Shown here one piece after another: positions 60,815 to 64,000 of a stretch of 64,000 bases of DNA. Under the pieces are notes generated by a model. The model ran no database searches. It was not told where the DNA came from and saw only the letters and a program-made list of their open reading frames with translations. A program made the position numbers and the translations under genes. This DNA is from Rhodosorus marinus CCMP1338 (taxonomy: Eukaryota > Plantae > Rhodophyta). Positions within the stretch are counted from its first letter, which is position 1. Each line of letters opens with the position of its first letter. Location: contig JAMWBK010000013.1 of the NCBI GenBank assembly GCA_029953675.1, positions 434,001-498,000 of the forward strand, in the 5' to 3' direction.

Positions 60815-63050
60815 CGAACGAATGGTTTAATCGGAGGCTGAAAAAAAAACCCCGAGGGGAAAAAAAGACTAAGCGCGGCGAAGTACTCGCGCCTCCAACA
60901 TCAAAGCGGCATTCATGCGCCACAGCAGGAAACTTAAGCGGGTAAACAACGATTGAAGACGGTCAGGGCGTTCGCGGAACAACTCCCGAAGCCAGCGAGA
61001 ACCAACAGAGTCCATGAACCCAAAGCACTCAATGATCAGGGGTACCAAGCGATGTGCTAGTGCCGAAGCACGAACACCAGGGGAAGACAAAGCCCCCGCG
61101 TATTTGATCTCTTTGCGGCGTCTCATGCTGGCGGCGGCAGATCCACGGCGCTCCCCCGCAGCCGGGAGATAACGACTAGCTTGAGGGTTAGGAACAGCAA
61201 GATCAACGTATGTGGTACGGCGGCTGTCGTCACAGGTGATCACCTGGTCGGCTACACGGCGTTCATCATTTTGAAAGTCCGCGACGGGTAAAGGTTTCTC
61301 ACGTTCGATTTCCAGACCGGCTTGCCGGACTATAGGCCGAAGTTCCCGGTATAACAGGTTCAAGATCCGTGTATGGCGGCGGGTTCGAGCACCTTTCACC
61401 GCCGGGCAACTAGCGAGCAGGTGGGCGCCAAAATCTGCGTTGTCTTCAGTCTGAGAGCAGAGAGGGCACGACGAACCCATCTCGTACGGCCAAGGGGGCT
61501 GATGTAAGCCGAGGTATAAGCGCAGTGAAGTACGCACTTCGAAATCCGACAGTGTGAGTGGCGGAAAGGCTGGTACGGTCATGAGCCACTGAGAGCTAGT
61601 AACCCCTCCAAGACTACGTAGGCGGGCGCGAGCGCGAGAAGATGAGACCATCTGCGCCAGGAGTCGGCCATATGCAGCACGGTGCAAGTCCCAAGAAAGG
61701 ATATTTTGCAGCGCATCCGTGCGTGCTTGAGCTCGGCTCCCACCGCGCTGGGAATCATCAGGAGGATCAACTGGAACTTCTTCTTCTGCGGCAACCACTG
61801 GGTCAATCTCCCCTAGAACAGGTTCAGGCGCAGGACGAATCCCCGGGGCGGAGCCTCGACAGCGGTCAAATACAGCTCGCCAGTCAGGAAGACGGGGTTG
61901 AACGGTTTCGGGGAGACTAGTACAGGAATTCAGGGCGGTTTGGAGCTCCAGAAACAAGTCTTGGGCGCTTTCCGGTACGCTGGGAAGCAAGACACCCCGC
62001 GAGAGGCTCGCCATCAAATTGCGGAACTTCGAGATACCCAAGCTGCTCAAAGTGGGAAGTGCGGTTCCCCAGGCCCCTACTGCGGCTGCAGGTTGGACCA
62101 CAACACGATTGCAGAGGCCCAGTCCCCCCAATCGCAATGGGAGGCCTACCTGGGCGCGCACAACATCACAGGTGGGTCGCGGCAGAGCGCTCAGCTCTTC
62201 ATCGAGAAAATACCCCAGGTCACGGAAACTTTCAGCATCCGCACGAGTGGCCAACCACCGGCCCCAATGAGTTGGAAGTGAGCGAAGCCAATAGGTTAAC
62301 CGCTGACTGCAACAATACCGAAACAGCAACAACGAGCACTGGAGAAAGCCCGGAGGTAGCCGTCGAAGCTCTGCAACCAGCTGTCTGTGCTTACCGAGGA
62401 GCTGCAGCAACTCGCCTTCAACGAAGGACGGGGACCCGTAGGAGATGCCTAAGTGGACAAAACCATCCGGTCTCCAAATATCCTGGAACGACGCAGGTAC
62501 CTGCTGCTCTTGTGCAGCTACACCTCCCCAGTAGAACGATTTGTGATGATTAACCTCCAGGTCAACCCGCGAAGCCAAGGAGCGGAGACGATCATAACCG
62601 AGTGCTAGAGTATCAAGGGGCCCCAGGAGGCACACGTCGTCGTGGTATGCAACCGTACGAACCTGCGGGAATTCGGAGCGAAGACGAAGCAAGACGAGTT
62701 GTAGTCCACAGGCATGTAGGAAAGGGGACAAGGGATCACCCTGTTGTACCCCTGTGCGCGCCGCAAACGTGTGTGAGGAAGCGCCAAGGGTGTCATAGGT
62801 AGCCCCACGACCAAGCGGAGAATAAAGTCTACTAACAAAGGGAAAGCCTACAGGGAAGACTTCGCGCACCACGTGCATGAGAGCCGGACGAGAGACGCGG
62901 TTGAACGCATTGGTAAAATCTACAGAGAGGAGCCCAGAATCTGGGGAGTACGCCATTTCCGAACGGAGTAAAACAGACAACAACTCACAGCCACCACGAT
63001 AGCCCACGCCTAACTGCACGTGCCCAAAGAAACGGCGGACTTGTTCCCTT
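60815..63050 (-). mobile_element. CRE-like family 1 copy with an uninterrupted 716-aa RT-CCHC-RLE frame; 5'-truncated inside the RT
   Basis: (H)VQLGVG..GGCE, SVDFTNAFN, GVQQGDPLSP, AYHDD, GF.HLGI.YG, LP.R.GGLG, W..VP, CPLC..H....C, RH, RVAD..YVDLAV..KEIKY..PLIIECFG. The frame closes about 15 codons upstream (TAA 63065-63067) and the N-terminal RT motifs are absent. Confidence 0.95.
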
Positions 63051-63096
63051 TTACTGACTTTGATTTACAGGGACACCAAAGAAAAAGGGGGAGCAA

Positions 63097-63196
63097 GCGC
63101 GCCATCGGCGCCTGGGGTTGCATACTTCCCTCCCTAGTTATTAGTTCATCTTCACGCCTTGCGTAGCGCTTCAGGCTATGCTAGTAAAGTCCAGTC
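63097..63196 (+). mobile_element. Family 2 3'-end fragment
   Basis: gcgcgccatcggcgcctgggg..cttcaggctatgctagtaaagtccag matches 53058-53160. Confidence 0.88.
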
Positions 63197-63514
63197 CAGC
63201 TGAACGATAGAAGCATGGTGGATTGTTTTCTCATCGGGAGGGGGTGGTGTTGGGGTGCTTGGGTGGGATGTATCTAAGAAATTCATTTTGAACATATAAA
63301 AACAATCTAGTCGAATGTCCAATTTATATATATGAAAACTAAACTCAGGAAACTGTTTTTTTTTCGCTCAAAAAGTTTGGAAGTTTGCGTAGTGAAAGTA
63401 GATTTCAAAAAAACAAAAAAAATGAATAGTCGAAATTACATATTAAATTCTATTTTGGCCCGGTTTACGTCAATTTGGCTCAGGGACCATTTTTGGCAAG
63501 TGTTTGGGAGTTTG

Positions 63515-64000
63515 ATGAAACATGAAGGGTATTCAGTTTTACTTTTGGGGCTTACGGCTGTGGGTTGTCTCTTCGTGGAAACGAAGGCACAGAATTTGGA
63601 GGATGAGATTTGTGTCCCACTTGACACATTTGAAGATGTTGTGAACGGATTGCTAGGTACTATCCATCTCGACCGGACCAACATCGGACCTTACAATAAG
63701 AAGAACAAGAACTGGATTAAGCAGAAGTCTTGGGTCAGCCTCGGTGCATTGGGAAGTTACAGGTAAACGTTACCTGCCGCGGTGATAAAGCACAAGAGGG
63801 GTAGCAAAATCTACTATGAACACATCAACAAGTGGGGAGTGAGGAACGGTGGATTCTCGGTGAAGGTAGTCAAGCATAAGAAGTTCGACTGGGCTTTGAG
63901 AATCAAGGTTGTCTATGAGAGCGATGATGACGAAATCATTGTCACGTGCATGACAAGAAGACCAAGAAGCCTTGCAAGAACCAGAAATACAACAACAGAG
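63515..64000 (+). pseudogene. Putative secreted protein gene with an in-frame TAA at 63764-63766; runs off the window end
   Basis: Signal-like MKHEGYSVLLLGLTAVGCLFVETKA. After TAA the same frame stays open for 78 codons to the edge (TLPAAVIKHKRGSKIYYEHINKW..). Confidence 0.5.

Noticed and set aside
40790-63200. Telomeric repeats or spliced-leader genes as the target of the CRE-like elements
   Set aside because: Only isolated TTAGGG words occur, and flanks of the TSD-bounded insertions share no conserved RNA-gene sequence.
5583-63766. Stop-codon reassignment (in-frame stops at 5583 TGA, 41644 TAA, 47522 TAG, 63764 TAA)
   Set aside because: All three stop types are involved, and well-conserved genes here terminate normally with TAA, TAG and TGA. 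The affected loci also carry frameshifts or are unverified.

Overview
Eukaryotic nuclear DNA from a compact genome with short GT-AG introns (mostly about 50-100 nt). The gene set, intron style and an AGFV-type transit peptide suggest a unicellular red alga (inference). The window has two sharply different halves. (1) 1-40.3 kb is gene-dense housekeeping sequence: two tandem class I glutamine amidotransferase paralogs, an ER protein disulfide isomerase (KEEL), a membrane-anchored CYTH-like protein, homogentisate 1,2-dioxygenase, ER Hsp70-family Grp170/HYOU1 (KEDL), a DUF3598-like protein, a two-repeat Myb, protoporphyrinogen oxidase, an MDR quinone oxidoreductase, a SAPS/PP6-regulatory-like protein and 5-hydroxyisourate hydrolase. 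(2) 40.8-63.2 kb is an island of CRE-like non-LTR retrotransposons (RT + CCHC finger + restriction-like endonuclease) from at least three families, with a hAT-like MITE, a Ty1/copia remnant, a decayed beta-propeller gene and one intact intronless secreted 3-domain protein. The most striking signal is that families 1 and 2 are reciprocally nested. Each has inserted into the other, same-sense and with a clean TSD, at essentially the same aligned position of the endonuclease-coding region. Both families end in short reiterated tails rather than poly(A), family 1 has left 9-68 bp micro-insertions with TSDs, and several copies form long inverted repeats. No rRNA, complete tRNA or CRISPR array was found. 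All family assignments come from motif recognition, not database searches.
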